From positions 2,751 to 66,750 of the IMG/VR virus record IMGVR_UViG_3300032304_000650: a stretch of 64,000 nt of DNA; one strand, 5' to 3'. Every line of letters begins with the position of its first letter. Position 1 is the first letter of the stretch. The notes under the pieces are model-generated. The model saw only the letters and a list, made by a program, of their open reading frames with translations. It was not told the DNA's origin and made no database searches. The DNA comes from a virus. Of this stretch, positions 56,110 through 63,916 are shown in pieces. A program made the position numbers and the translations under genes.

Positions 56110-56442
56110 TTTACAATGTCAACGGGGGACACCCCAACGACGCAGTTCTTTTCAAGGTGGGTCACTCTAGGTAATCATTCCTAGGTAAGCACGACCCGAT
56201 ATCGCGAAAGGTTAGACAATCTGACTAAGTAGCACGAAAGGATATCCGCTAGGCCAACAAGCACACCACAACAACAAACACCATCACCGCGCTGAGGGTA
56301 TAAAAAGAGAGCGGGTAAGTAGCTACCACGGACATAGGTAGCGATGACCTTACAGCAACGGAATCTGATTCTAGATTAATAGAATAGACGAGCTGAGATT
56401 GTCTCAGTTGCAGTCGGTTTACTAGGACGATGGCCCAATGTA
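56110..56442 (+). ncRNA. candidate structured ncRNA of unknown family
   Basis: ORF-free, GC-enriched, at least 8 stems visible by eye and GAA/AGUA loop-E-like internal loops; bounded by a promoter and a ribozyme cut site. Confidence 0.6.
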
Positions 56443-56491
56443 CGCGGTTAAAAAAGCACCGCGCTGACGAGTCGCAGAACGACGAAACATT
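56437..56491 (+). ncRNA. hammerhead ribozyme, type III
   Basis: AAUGUA^CGCGGU-loop-ACCGCG CUGACGA GUCG-cagaa-CGAC GAAA CAUU: complete core, three stems, GUA cleavage triplet (cut after 56442). Confidence 0.92.
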
Positions 56492-56513
56492 AACAAAAAA
56501 AACTATATGTATT

Positions 56514-56747
56514 ATGGAAAGGAATTACAGCGTATCAATTAACACTACAAGCCATTTTGAACTAGAGTACAAGCAAAGAGCTGTAGCTTTTGAGTTCAAG
56601 ACTTTTGATGAAGCCTATGAAAAGTACAAGGAATTAGTCGCAGATGAATCAGCGCACGTATCTACCTTGAACAGCGTGAGGTCTAGCGTGACAATCACCA
56701 TGGCGCACGAGGACAGAATCCAATACAGAGTAAACATATACAACTAA
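56514..56747 (+). CDS. early hypothetical protein
   Basis: ATG at 56514 after an A-rich leader (MERNYSV...). Confidence 0.7.
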   Translation: MERNYSVSINTTSHFELEYKQRAVAFEFKTFDEAYEKYKELVADESAHVSTLNSVRSSVTITMAHEDRIQYRVNIYN

Positions 56748-56758
56748 AATTTAATACC

Positions 56759-57001
56759 ATGGAACAATTACTAAGCAACAAGTATGAGCAACTATGCGAC
56801 ACGCTGTCAATAGTTGAGGAATTCGTAGGCAGTCTTGCAAGCGAACGCACCCAAATGGATATAGCTGTTAAACTATGTCCATACGTAGACAATTTAAAAA
56901 AGCTAGTGAGAGACAATCCTAGTATTGTACGTGAGACCATTGCGCACGACTACATAGGGTTAAGAGACGAAGACGAGGATTTTTTACCAAGACTAGCATA
57001 A
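56759..57001 (+). CDS. early hypothetical protein
   Basis: 80-aa ORF ending immediately before the second ribozyme. Confidence 0.7.
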   Translation: MEQLLSNKYEQLCDTLSIVEEFVGSLASERTQMDIAVKLCPYVDNLKKLVRDNPSIVRETIAHDYIGLRDEDEDFLPRLA

Positions 57002-57002
57002 A

Positions 57003-57058
57003 GGTTAACTGACGAGCTGTTTATCAGCGAAATGCCCGCCCCCACGGGTATCTTAACC
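57003..57058 (+). ncRNA. hammerhead ribozyme, type I
   Basis: GGUUAA CUGACGA GCUG-uuuau-CAGC GAAA UGCCCG-loop-CGGGUA UC^ UUAACC: complete core, AUC triplet (cut after 57052). Confidence 0.92.
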
Positions 57059-57074
57059 AAAAAAAATAAATGTT

Positions 57075-57998
57075 ATGAGAAATCAAACAGCAACAAAAGT
57101 ATTAGACCAAGAGTCTAGATTCAGCGCAAAAACTACTGATTCAGCAGAGCGCAAAATTGACACAATCTTAGAGAACAGCAGACAAGACAACGTCTTTGTT
57201 GAATCCTCAATTGTGAGTTTATCTGAAATCACAGGTATGGCCACACGTAAAGGATTAGAGCAGGCTGTTATCTGCGAGAACGAAATCGTTAACGTGGTAT
57301 CATCTAGCTATGGTCACTTGGATAATCGTAAATTCTACTACGAGGCAGAGTCTAAGTTGATTGACGCTGACATCTACTACAAACAGCGCTCAGTGAACAA
57401 AGATAACCGCTCATTCGCTGTAGACTATGTCCTAGCTGACGATAGATACAAGATTGAGATTAAAGGTGAACAAGACATCTTACGTCCTATGTTACGATTC
57501 GTTAATAGCTACGATGGTAGCTGTAAGACTAGCGGTTCAATCGGATTTTGGCGCAAGGTATGTGACAATGGTTTACATGTAGCTAATTTCAACATCGGGT
57601 TTAGTGTTAAGCACCGCGGTAATATTGCTGAGGTAGTTATGCCTAAGCTAGACGAAATTGTAGGTCAGTTCATGGACAACGAATTCTTTACACTTAAGCG
57701 TAAGTTTGAGGTGCTTGCAGAGCGTCCCGTTACTAATGTAGAAGACTACGTAAAAGCTACAGCTAAGACCCTAGGGTTATTCAAATACGAGGCATCAGAT
57801 AAGAATCCCGAGCCTAGTGCAAACGCACGTTTTGTTTTTGACGTAATCAACCGCGAGTCTAAGCTATTGAATACACGTCCTAACCAATGGATTGTATACA
57901 ACGCATTCAACGAGCTGTTACACGGCAAGTTAAAGAAGACGTTTGACCAACAAAAGAATCTTGACGAGCAATTGTTTGAGACAATCTATGCGGGTTAA
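57075..57998 (+). CDS. DUF932 family protein
   Basis: VVS..Y....N, NSYDGS, RKVC.NG, KH.G, W..YNA.NE. Confidence 0.85.
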   Translation: MRNQTATKVLDQESRFSAKTTDSAERKIDTILENSRQDNVFVESSIVSLSEITGMATRKGLEQAVICENEIVNVVSSSYGHLDNRKFYYEAESKLIDADIYYKQRSVNKDNRSFAVDYVLADDRYKIEIKGEQDILRPMLRFVNSYDGSCKTSGSIGFWRKVCDNGLHVANFNIGFSVKHRGNIAEVVMPKLDEIVGQFMDNEFFTLKRKFEVLAERPVTNVEDYVKATAKTLGLFKYEASDKNPEPSANARFVFDVINRESKLLNTRPNQWIVYNAFNELLHGKLKKTFDQQKNLDEQLFETIYAG

Positions 57999-58010
57999 GA
58001 TATCACCACG

Positions 58011-58037
58011 GGAGGGGCGCAATGCTCCTCCTTTTTT
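58011..58037 (+). terminator. intrinsic terminator
   Basis: GGAGGGGC/GCTCCTCC stem plus T6. Confidence 0.8.
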
Positions 58038-58060
58038 ATATTATCTAAAATAATAATCTT

Positions 58061-58228
58061 ATGCTAGTAGAAATCAAAGAGAAGTCCGTATATGGTGGCA
58101 CGCTACTATATCCAAATAATCAGACGGCTGTATACCTTACTGAGTTGATGAATAAAAAAACTTTCAATATCAGAGACCTAGATATACTAACCGACCTAGG
58201 GTATACTATTAACATTATTAAATTATAA
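58061..58228 (+). CDS. 55-aa early protein (not in ORF track)
   Basis: MLVEIKEKSVYGGTLLYPNN...KKTF...LGYTI. Confidence 0.7.
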   Translation: MLVEIKEKSVYGGTLLYPNNQTAVYLTELMNKKTFNIRDLDILTDLGYTINIIKL

Positions 58229-58239
58229 AAACTATCATC

Positions 58240-58425
58240 ATGAAAAATCTATTCGCTGTTATTACCTTTTGTTTCTTGACAGCCTGCTTCAGCATCCTTT
58301 GGCTAGCTGTATTGATGCAACTAGAACAGCACAATCAATTCGCAAGTTACTTTGCAGTAGCATTTGTAGGTGGCTGTTTATCTTTTTTAGGGTATCTGAA
58401 ATTAGAAAATCGTAAAACAAAATAA
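58240..58425 (+). CDS. small two-TM membrane protein
   Basis: Two hydrophobic helices. Confidence 0.65.
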   Translation: MKNLFAVITFCFLTACFSILWLAVLMQLEQHNQFASYFAVAFVGGCLSFLGYLKLENRKTK

Positions 58426-58427
58426 TC

Positions 58428-58652
58428 ATGACAAAGCAATTTAAGATTGGCGAATATGCCATCGGAGGTATTATTAAAGTATCTAAAGCTAAAGGTCACG
58501 TGACCATACAAGCGCTAGATTGGGACACTAAAGAGGTATTAATTAACCGCAGATTTTTTGATTGGGGCGAGGAGGCTATGTCCAATTGTTTAAACGACTT
58601 GACTAGCTGTTACCACGCAGATAAAATATTAGATTACATTAAAAATAATTAA
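58428..58652 (+). CDS. early hypothetical protein
   Basis: 74-aa ORF, FKIGEYA.GGII. Confidence 0.7.
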   Translation: MTKQFKIGEYAIGGIIKVSKAKGHVTIQALDWDTKEVLINRRFFDWGEEAMSNCLNDLTSCYHADKILDYIKNN

Positions 58653-58653
58653 A

Positions 58654-59010
58654 ATGGAAAAAATTATCATGAAGAACGTATTCTACGATACACCACAAGA
58701 CAAAGTAGAAGAGCCTAAAAGACCCGTATTCGCTACTATTGAACACGAAGACGAGGCTATTATATTATCTAATCTATTAGACGATGTATACGTACACGAC
58801 TACAGCTATGTAATGTCTGACGATGCCAAGGTTTACGAGCGAGGCAGAAGGCATGAGGATAGAATCAAGAAGGGTATTGATATCTTATTGTTTCACCTTA
58901 AGAATGACCCTACAACGCTATTAAAACAGCTGTTAGAATGTAGGTCAGAGCAATTCATTGACGGCCTAACACATAGGACAATCAAGTCTTGGTTCCCTTT
59001 ATACATGTAA
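58654..59010 (+). CDS. early hypothetical protein
   Basis: 118 aa; HD.SY.MSDD..VY.RG motif. Confidence 0.7.
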   Translation: MEKIIMKNVFYDTPQDKVEEPKRPVFATIEHEDEAIILSNLLDDVYVHDYSYVMSDDAKVYERGRRHEDRIKKGIDILLFHLKNDPTTLLKQLLECRSEQFIDGLTHRTIKSWFPLYM

Positions 59011-59028
59011 ACTATTAAATTAAATAAA

Positions 59029-59214
59029 ATGACACAAGATTTATTTGAAACACCCGAATTGCTACCAACAGCAGTTCAAATTATTTTAAAGCAATTCAGT
59101 GAGCTAGAAAATAGCTACGACAATTGCATTGCATTGGTGGATGAATTAAATATGATTGGATGGGGATGCGATTATGGTTTAGATGGCATACCATACGATT
59201 TACAAAAATTATAA
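59029..59214 (+). CDS. early hypothetical protein
   Basis: DLFE.PE.LP...DYGLD..PY.L. Confidence 0.7.
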   Translation: MTQDLFETPELLPTAVQIILKQFSELENSYDNCIALVDELNMIGWGCDYGLDGIPYDLQKL

Positions 59215-59235
59215 ACTTATTAAACTATTAACACA

Positions 59236-59652
59236 ATGAACTATTCATTTTATCTATTCGTACAATTACGAACACTAATCCTAGGCCAAGGTATTGAGTA
59301 TGATATCCAATTCGGTATTGACCAAGACTTATTTGCTATGTATGAGAAGTCTGCCTACAATGTAGGTGAATTACCCGAGTACGAATGTATGGTCAGTTTC
59401 CTGCAAGCTTACAAAAATAATGAGATAGCTATTATTATGGACAGCTTTAACAATTACTTAGCTAAGCATGATTGGGTAGTATTACTTGATGAAAGTGGTA
59501 TCAGTCATGACTTTATCAAGCCAAGGAGAGGAGACATATTACAATTCATTAGAGTTAACGACAACGACTCTACCATTGGAGAATTCTTACACCTTCCCAG
59601 CAATCAACCGCTAAACATATTTGCAGACCGCACACTTAAATTAAATAAATAA
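59236..59652 (+). CDS. early hypothetical protein
   Basis: 138-aa ORF with A-rich leader. Confidence 0.65.
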   Translation: MNYSFYLFVQLRTLILGQGIEYDIQFGIDQDLFAMYEKSAYNVGELPEYECMVSFLQAYKNNEIAIIMDSFNNYLAKHDWVVLLDESGISHDFIKPRRGDILQFIRVNDNDSTIGEFLHLPSNQPLNIFADRTLKLNK

Positions 59653-59654
59653 TT

Positions 59655-59873
59655 ATGAAACAACAAATAACAGCAAAATGGTTACTAACCGAATTGCAAA
59701 ACATGGAGGCACTAGGTGATGACCTATCTAAAATTAAATTAAGCTACCGATACGACCCTGACTCAGATGTAGAGCCAATAACCTATGTAAGCGAGGGTCT
59801 CTTTGATGCTGAAACTAATAATATTCTAGAAGAACTAATATTCTTGACTGACGCGTCAGAGTATGAAGATTAA
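59655..59873 (+). CDS. early acidic hypothetical protein
   Basis: 72-aa ORF. Confidence 0.65.
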   Translation: MKQQITAKWLLTELQNMEALGDDLSKIKLSYRYDPDSDVEPITYVSEGLFDAETNNILEELIFLTDASEYED

Positions 59874-59892
59874 ATTATCTAAAATAATAACT

Positions 59893-60033
59893 ATGGCAAA
59901 CAATCAAGATAGGTGGTATTACAATCACTATTGGATATATCTAGTAGGAGACAAGTACTACCCAAGCATAGACGGCTCAGAGTGGACAACCCTAGAGGGT
60001 GCAAAGGCTCACATAGATTATCTAGCTAAATAA
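59893..60033 (+). CDS. 46-aa early protein (not in ORF track)
   Basis: MANNQDRWYY...TLEGAKAHIDYLAK. Confidence 0.6.
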   Translation: MANNQDRWYYNHYWIYLVGDKYYPSIDGSEWTTLEGAKAHIDYLAK

Positions 60034-60043
60034 AACTATCATC

Positions 60044-60166
60044 ATGGCGCAAAATAAAAAATATAAACTTACAGCACAAGGACACAAACACATGCCATTT
60101 TTAATAGCAGAAACTATTATTGAGCTGTCTTGGACTCCAAATTTGCTGTATTGGGAAGAAATTTAA
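60044..60166 (+). CDS. 40-aa early protein (not in ORF track)
   Basis: MAQNKKYKL...YWEEI; leader AAAACTATCATC identical to that of 58240. Confidence 0.55.
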   Translation: MAQNKKYKLTAQGHKHMPFLIAETIIELSWTPNLLYWEEI

Positions 60167-60248
60167 CAAAACTTTATGAGTCCTTTAACAAAATTTTTAG
60201 AAATCGGGTCGGAACTTTGCTGTATCAAATAATTAAAAACTATTTATT

Positions 60249-60419
60249 ATGAAAAAGAAAATTTTATCGCATCCTGCTGTTGAAGAGTTTTATGAAGACT
60301 CTGACGGCTATTGGGTTAACCTCAAAGACAACTATAGATGGTATGGCTGTGTTGCTATACATCAAGCTACATTGTCTAGAATATTAAACTCATTAAAGTA
60401 CGAGTTAGAAAATATTTAG
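60249..60419 (+). CDS. 56-aa early protein (not in ORF track)
   Basis: MKKKILSHPAV...DGYWVNLKD.Y. Confidence 0.6.
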   Translation: MKKKILSHPAVEEFYEDSDGYWVNLKDNYRWYGCVAIHQATLSRILNSLKYELENI

Positions 60420-60478
60420 GTTAACGTGGGATGCGACACGTACAACGCATACTTTTTAAATTATCTAAACTAATATTT

Positions 60479-60778
60479 ATGAACAGCTTTATTGTAGACT
60501 ATGACAAACAAACGCTCCAATTAAATTACAATGGAGAGCAGTTTGACTTTGATTTAAAAAAAGGAGACAAGCGCGACTTTTGGCATGGATTCAGAACGAG
60601 TGACCCATACGAAATGGATGTCAATCTAGTTATAGACGAATACGACGACAAGCCATACGTAAACGTATTCTTATGCAGACTAGACATGAAAGATGGCTAC
60701 TACTATGTAGACTCTGACACATGCGAGCTAATTGAAGAACATACAACTAAAGGGAATATATTAAATTATCTAAACTAA
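60479..60778 (+). CDS. early hypothetical protein
   Basis: Start MNSFIV at 60479 follows the shared leader motif. Confidence 0.65.
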   Translation: MNSFIVDYDKQTLQLNYNGEQFDFDLKKGDKRDFWHGFRTSDPYEMDVNLVIDEYDDKPYVNVFLCRLDMKDGYYYVDSDTCELIEEHTTKGNILNYLN

Positions 60779-60782
60779 TAAT

Positions 60783-60995
60783 ATGGCAAAAGAAATGAGG
60801 GTCTATATTATAGACACATCTAGAATGAGCGATGAGGATTTATTCCGCAAGCCCGTATACACATCTGACAATGAATCGTTTATGGATATGGCAGAGACCT
60901 TTGGCGATGTCTATTCCTTAAAAGGCTTTGAGGATGCTGTATCACTACGCTCCATGGATTTAAGCAACTGCTATTTAAGATTTATTAAAATATAA
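60783..60995 (+). CDS. early hypothetical protein
   Basis: FMD.AE..G.VYSL.GFE...YLRFI. Confidence 0.7.
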   Translation: MAKEMRVYIIDTSRMSDEDLFRKPVYTSDNESFMDMAETFGDVYSLKGFEDAVSLRSMDLSNCYLRFIKI

Positions 60996-61006
60996 AAAAA
61001 CAAATC

Positions 61007-61261
61007 ATGTTATCAAACGAATCAAAAAAACAATTAGAAGAAATGTGCGACGATGTTGCACCATACTACATCCTAGATGTAATCAAAGATGCATACAGCT
61101 GTACTAGAAAGCGCGACTTAATAGACGAGATGATTGAATACCTGCAGGACGAGGGGTATATTACTATTAAGCCATCTAGCATATTAGAACAGCAGAAGGT
61201 AGAAGACTTCGTGGTAGAGCTAAAACCATACCACAATGACCGCCAATATTTATTCATTTAA
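61007..61261 (+). CDS. early hypothetical protein
   Basis: 84-aa ORF. Confidence 0.65.
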   Translation: MLSNESKKQLEEMCDDVAPYYILDVIKDAYSCTRKRDLIDEMIEYLQDEGYITIKPSSILEQQKVEDFVVELKPYHNDRQYLFI

Positions 61262-61311
61262 ATTTGCTAAACTGCAAGTAATTAATTAATTTTACACAAA
61301 ATCATAACACC

Positions 61312-61563
61312 ATGACACAAGACCAATGGAATTCACTACTAGTTGAGCGCGCATCAGAGATGGCGCATCATAGAACTGCAATTGATTTTATCTTAAATGC
61401 ACCATTTGAAAAAGAGTTTAATGAAAATGACCTATGGGTATCTGACGGAGGTGACGACGATGATTCACTTGTATACACGGACGAGGCTCAAGACGTATTC
61501 AATTTTTACTACGACGAGTACTACGACCAATTGATTAACACATATGAAATATCTATATCATGA
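61312..61563 (+). CDS. highly acidic early protein
   Basis: YTDEAQDVFN.YYDEY; D/E-rich. Confidence 0.7.
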   Translation: MTQDQWNSLLVERASEMAHHRTAIDFILNAPFEKEFNENDLWVSDGGDDDDSLVYTDEAQDVFNFYYDEYYDQLINTYEISIS

Positions 61564-61676
61564 GCGATTTAAAGTACCTACAATACGCGCAACTAATTAT
61601 ATTCACGGGGTTTCTTATTAGTGCTGTAGCATTGATTATTAATCTTATCAAAGAACATCTTAACAAAAACAAATGA
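61560..61676 (+). CDS. small TM peptide (not in ORF track)
   Basis: MSDLKYLQYAQLIIFTGFLISAVALIINLIKEHLNKNK; ATGA overlap. Confidence 0.5.
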   Translation: MSDLKYLQYAQLIIFTGFLISAVALIINLIKEHLNKNK

Positions 61677-61745
61677 TTGAATATATTATTCTAGCTGTTA
61701 TCATATACTTGCTAGGTGTTATATTCTCAACTAAAAAACAAACCA

Positions 61746-61991
61746 ATGACATACCTAGTATACGCACTAACAACACAAGACGAAGAAAAAATTGAGAGTA
61801 CTGACTCATTCACCAATTACCAAGACGCATTAGCTTACTACCAAAACACATTCAGAAACCAAGCAGACCAAATCATAGACTATGGCGGTACGCATGTAAT
61901 CATGCTGTATGCAAAGGATAGTGACAAAGGTGTAAGAGTATTTAAGAGACACACTATTGAGACAACATTTAATACATCAGACAATGACTAA
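61746..61991 (+). CDS. hypothetical protein
   Basis: Start MTYLVY after an AACCA leader. Confidence 0.65.
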   Translation: MTYLVYALTTQDEEKIESTDSFTNYQDALAYYQNTFRNQADQIIDYGGTHVIMLYAKDSDKGVRVFKRHTIETTFNTSDND

Positions 61992-62214
61992 CGCACAAAA
62001 ATTAAAAACAGCGATTGATTCGGCATCTGCTATTGATACAATAGAAAATATTTCTGGAGTTGCAATGATACACTTAAGGACTATACCCGAATCCTACGAC
62101 TACCTTGGAGATAGTATTATAGGAGACTATAGGGTATCAGTATACGACATGAAAACAATTGGAAGGTCTTATGTACTAGATGTACACGGGGTCGGAATGT
62201 TTCAAATACTTTAA
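61984..62214 (+). CDS. hypothetical protein
   Basis: Start MTNAQK overlapping the previous stop. Confidence 0.6.
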   Translation: MTNAQKLKTAIDSASAIDTIENISGVAMIHLRTIPESYDYLGDSIIGDYRVSVYDMKTIGRSYVLDVHGVGMFQIL

Positions 62215-62215
62215 C

Positions 62216-62500
62216 ATGAAAAATATAAGAGAACATCTATCAGAAATTAATCCCGATGCTATAATGTGGGATGGACTAGACGAGGCTATAGTAGGCATCA
62301 CTGAATGCGGCAAGGCTGTGTATGACATATACAAAATGGAGCTGATATTCGCACGCACAATGTCATTTGAAGAGGCATCTGAATGGGTGTCATTCAATAT
62401 ACTAGACGCATATGTAGGAGAGTTCACCCCTATACACTTGTGGGTTTATCCAAAATATAAAAACAATCAAAAAGTATGCATGAAGAAAAAGAAAAAGTAG
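62216..62500 (+). CDS. widespread conserved phage protein
   Basis: DGLDEAIVG...AVYD...EEA.EW..FNI..AYVGE.TP. Confidence 0.75.
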   Translation: MKNIREHLSEINPDAIMWDGLDEAIVGITECGKAVYDIYKMELIFARTMSFEEASEWVSFNILDAYVGEFTPIHLWVYPKYKNNQKVCMKKKKK

Positions 62501-62889
62501 TAATAAGTCCTTATGTGTTTGTAGGCATACGTGGAGCGGATATCCCTTTGAAGTTTAAAAAGGCCATCCAAGAACAAAAAACTATATACACGCAGAAGAT
62601 GGTAATAGAATCAATTGAACATGTGACAGGCATACCTTTTAAGCAGATACAAAGCAAGTATAGATTTAGACCGCTAACTCAAGCTAGAAATATGTACTGC
62701 TACTATTCATATCAATATCTTAAGTGGACACTACTTGAAATTGGTAAGAGTATAGGAGGCAGAGACCATACTACGGTTTTACATAATATTAATGTATACC
62801 ATGACTTATGTTTTTCAGATGCTGAATATGAAAAGAAATCTATAGCTATTAAAAATCTAATAGAATGGAAGAGCCAAAATTCTATTTAG
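62476..62889 (+). CDS. DnaA C-terminal (domain IV)-like HTH protein
   Basis: R.R....AR....Y......TL.EIG...GGRDHTTVLH signature. Confidence 0.85.
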   Translation: MHEEKEKVVISPYVFVGIRGADIPLKFKKAIQEQKTIYTQKMVIESIEHVTGIPFKQIQSKYRFRPLTQARNMYCYYSYQYLKWTLLEIGKSIGGRDHTTVLHNINVYHDLCFSDAEYEKKSIAIKNLIEWKSQNSI

Positions 62890-63092
62890 ATAATGGCATG
62901 GTTGTGTTTACGGAAAAGTTCCTTTTAGATAGGGGATTCTGCTGTAACAACGGATGCCGTCATTGCCCGTATAAAAAATTAAATAAAAATGAACATACTA
63001 AAACAAATATTTCAGACTCCAAGAGCGGAGAAACCAAGCACGAGCTACGACAAGGCTGTCCTCACAGCAGAATTGAGGACGAAGATGATTGA
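62865..63092 (+). CDS. DUF5522-like Cys-rich protein
   Basis: FY..NG..VFTE.FL..RG.CC.NGCRHCPY. Confidence 0.75.
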   Translation: MEEPKFYLDNGMVVFTEKFLLDRGFCCNNGCRHCPYKKLNKNEHTKTNISDSKSGETKHELRQGCPHSRIEDEDD

Positions 63093-63375
63093 TGAATTAT
63101 TTACTATACAGCGTGACATCCTAGATAAGAAAGGATATGACTACGCGGGAGAGGACGTGCTATCTAATTTCAGATTAGCTGGCATGATTGTCAACCAAGG
63201 CTCACTCAATCCCGATGCTGTTAATTGTCTTAACCTAATTGGCACTAAGGTCGCAAGGCTAGGTCAGTTACTATCATCAAACAAATCTGCGCAGAATGAA
63301 TCTATTCAAGACTCTGTTGTTGACTTATGTAACTACAGCGCATTACTTTATCTAATCCTAAAAATGGAGAAATAA
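62989..63375 (+). CDS. nucleotide-modification-associated domain 1 (DUF1599-like) protein
   Basis: KK..DYA..D.LSNF...K.ARL...ESIQDS..DL.NY. Confidence 0.75.
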   Translation: MNILKQIFQTPRAEKPSTSYDKAVLTAELRTKMIDELFTIQRDILDKKGYDYAGEDVLSNFRLAGMIVNQGSLNPDAVNCLNLIGTKVARLGQLLSSNKSAQNESIQDSVVDLCNYSALLYLILKMEK

Positions 63376-63453
63376 ATGATAAAAATAATTATAACAATAG
63401 CGATATGGGAATTAACTAAATTCATATTCTATAAACTTATAAACGAATAACAT

Positions 63454-63693
63454 ATGAAAGACATGCAACTATACAAATACATATGTATAAAATATCCTCA
63501 CATAAACTATATAGAAGGAGAGAATTTGAGCCTAGATGGTATTTATGCTAAAGAGGTAGCTAAAAGATGGGCTGACAAAGAAAACTACCCATGTATAATA
63601 GACATAGCATATAGTCTTGACTTATCTGAAAGGCAAGTATATAGAATATCTAAACAATATAATATGGGTAAAAGACCTTTAAAAATAAAATAA
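63454..63693 (+). CDS. small HTH protein
   Basis: DIAYSLDLSERQVYR. Confidence 0.7.
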   Translation: MKDMQLYKYICIKYPHINYIEGENLSLDGIYAKEVAKRWADKENYPCIIDIAYSLDLSERQVYRISKQYNMGKRPLKIK

Positions 63694-63694
63694 T

Positions 63695-63916
63695 ATGTAC
63701 ATACCTAGACCAATTATAATAGTAGCTATACTAGTCACCTTAATCGTATTTTTACGATATATGCATGACTACTGCGTCGTAAATCTACGAGCAATCAAAG
63801 CTGAGGCTGTTGTAGATAGCTTAATAATGGAGAACCAATACAAGGATTTAATTATAAACCAAATAAAAGATACAAGCTATGGCGAAGAAATCAAAAAGCA
63901 AAGTAAATGGAATTAA
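63695..63916 (+). CDS. membrane-anchored small protein
   Basis: N-terminal TM helix, then a short coiled segment. Confidence 0.6.
   Translation: MYIPRPIIIVAILVTLIVFLRYMHDYCVVNLRAIKAEAVVDSLIMENQYKDLIINQIKDTSYGEEIKKQSKWN

Noticed and set aside
55188-56436. tRNA or tmRNA genes
   Set aside because: No cloverleaf with a T-loop GTTC(G/A)A and matching acceptor stem found by eye; tRNAscan/ARAGORN would settle it.
56430-56513. N-terminal extension of ORF 56430-56747
   Set aside because: It runs through the type III hammerhead and its cut site; ATG 56514 has a normal A-rich leader.
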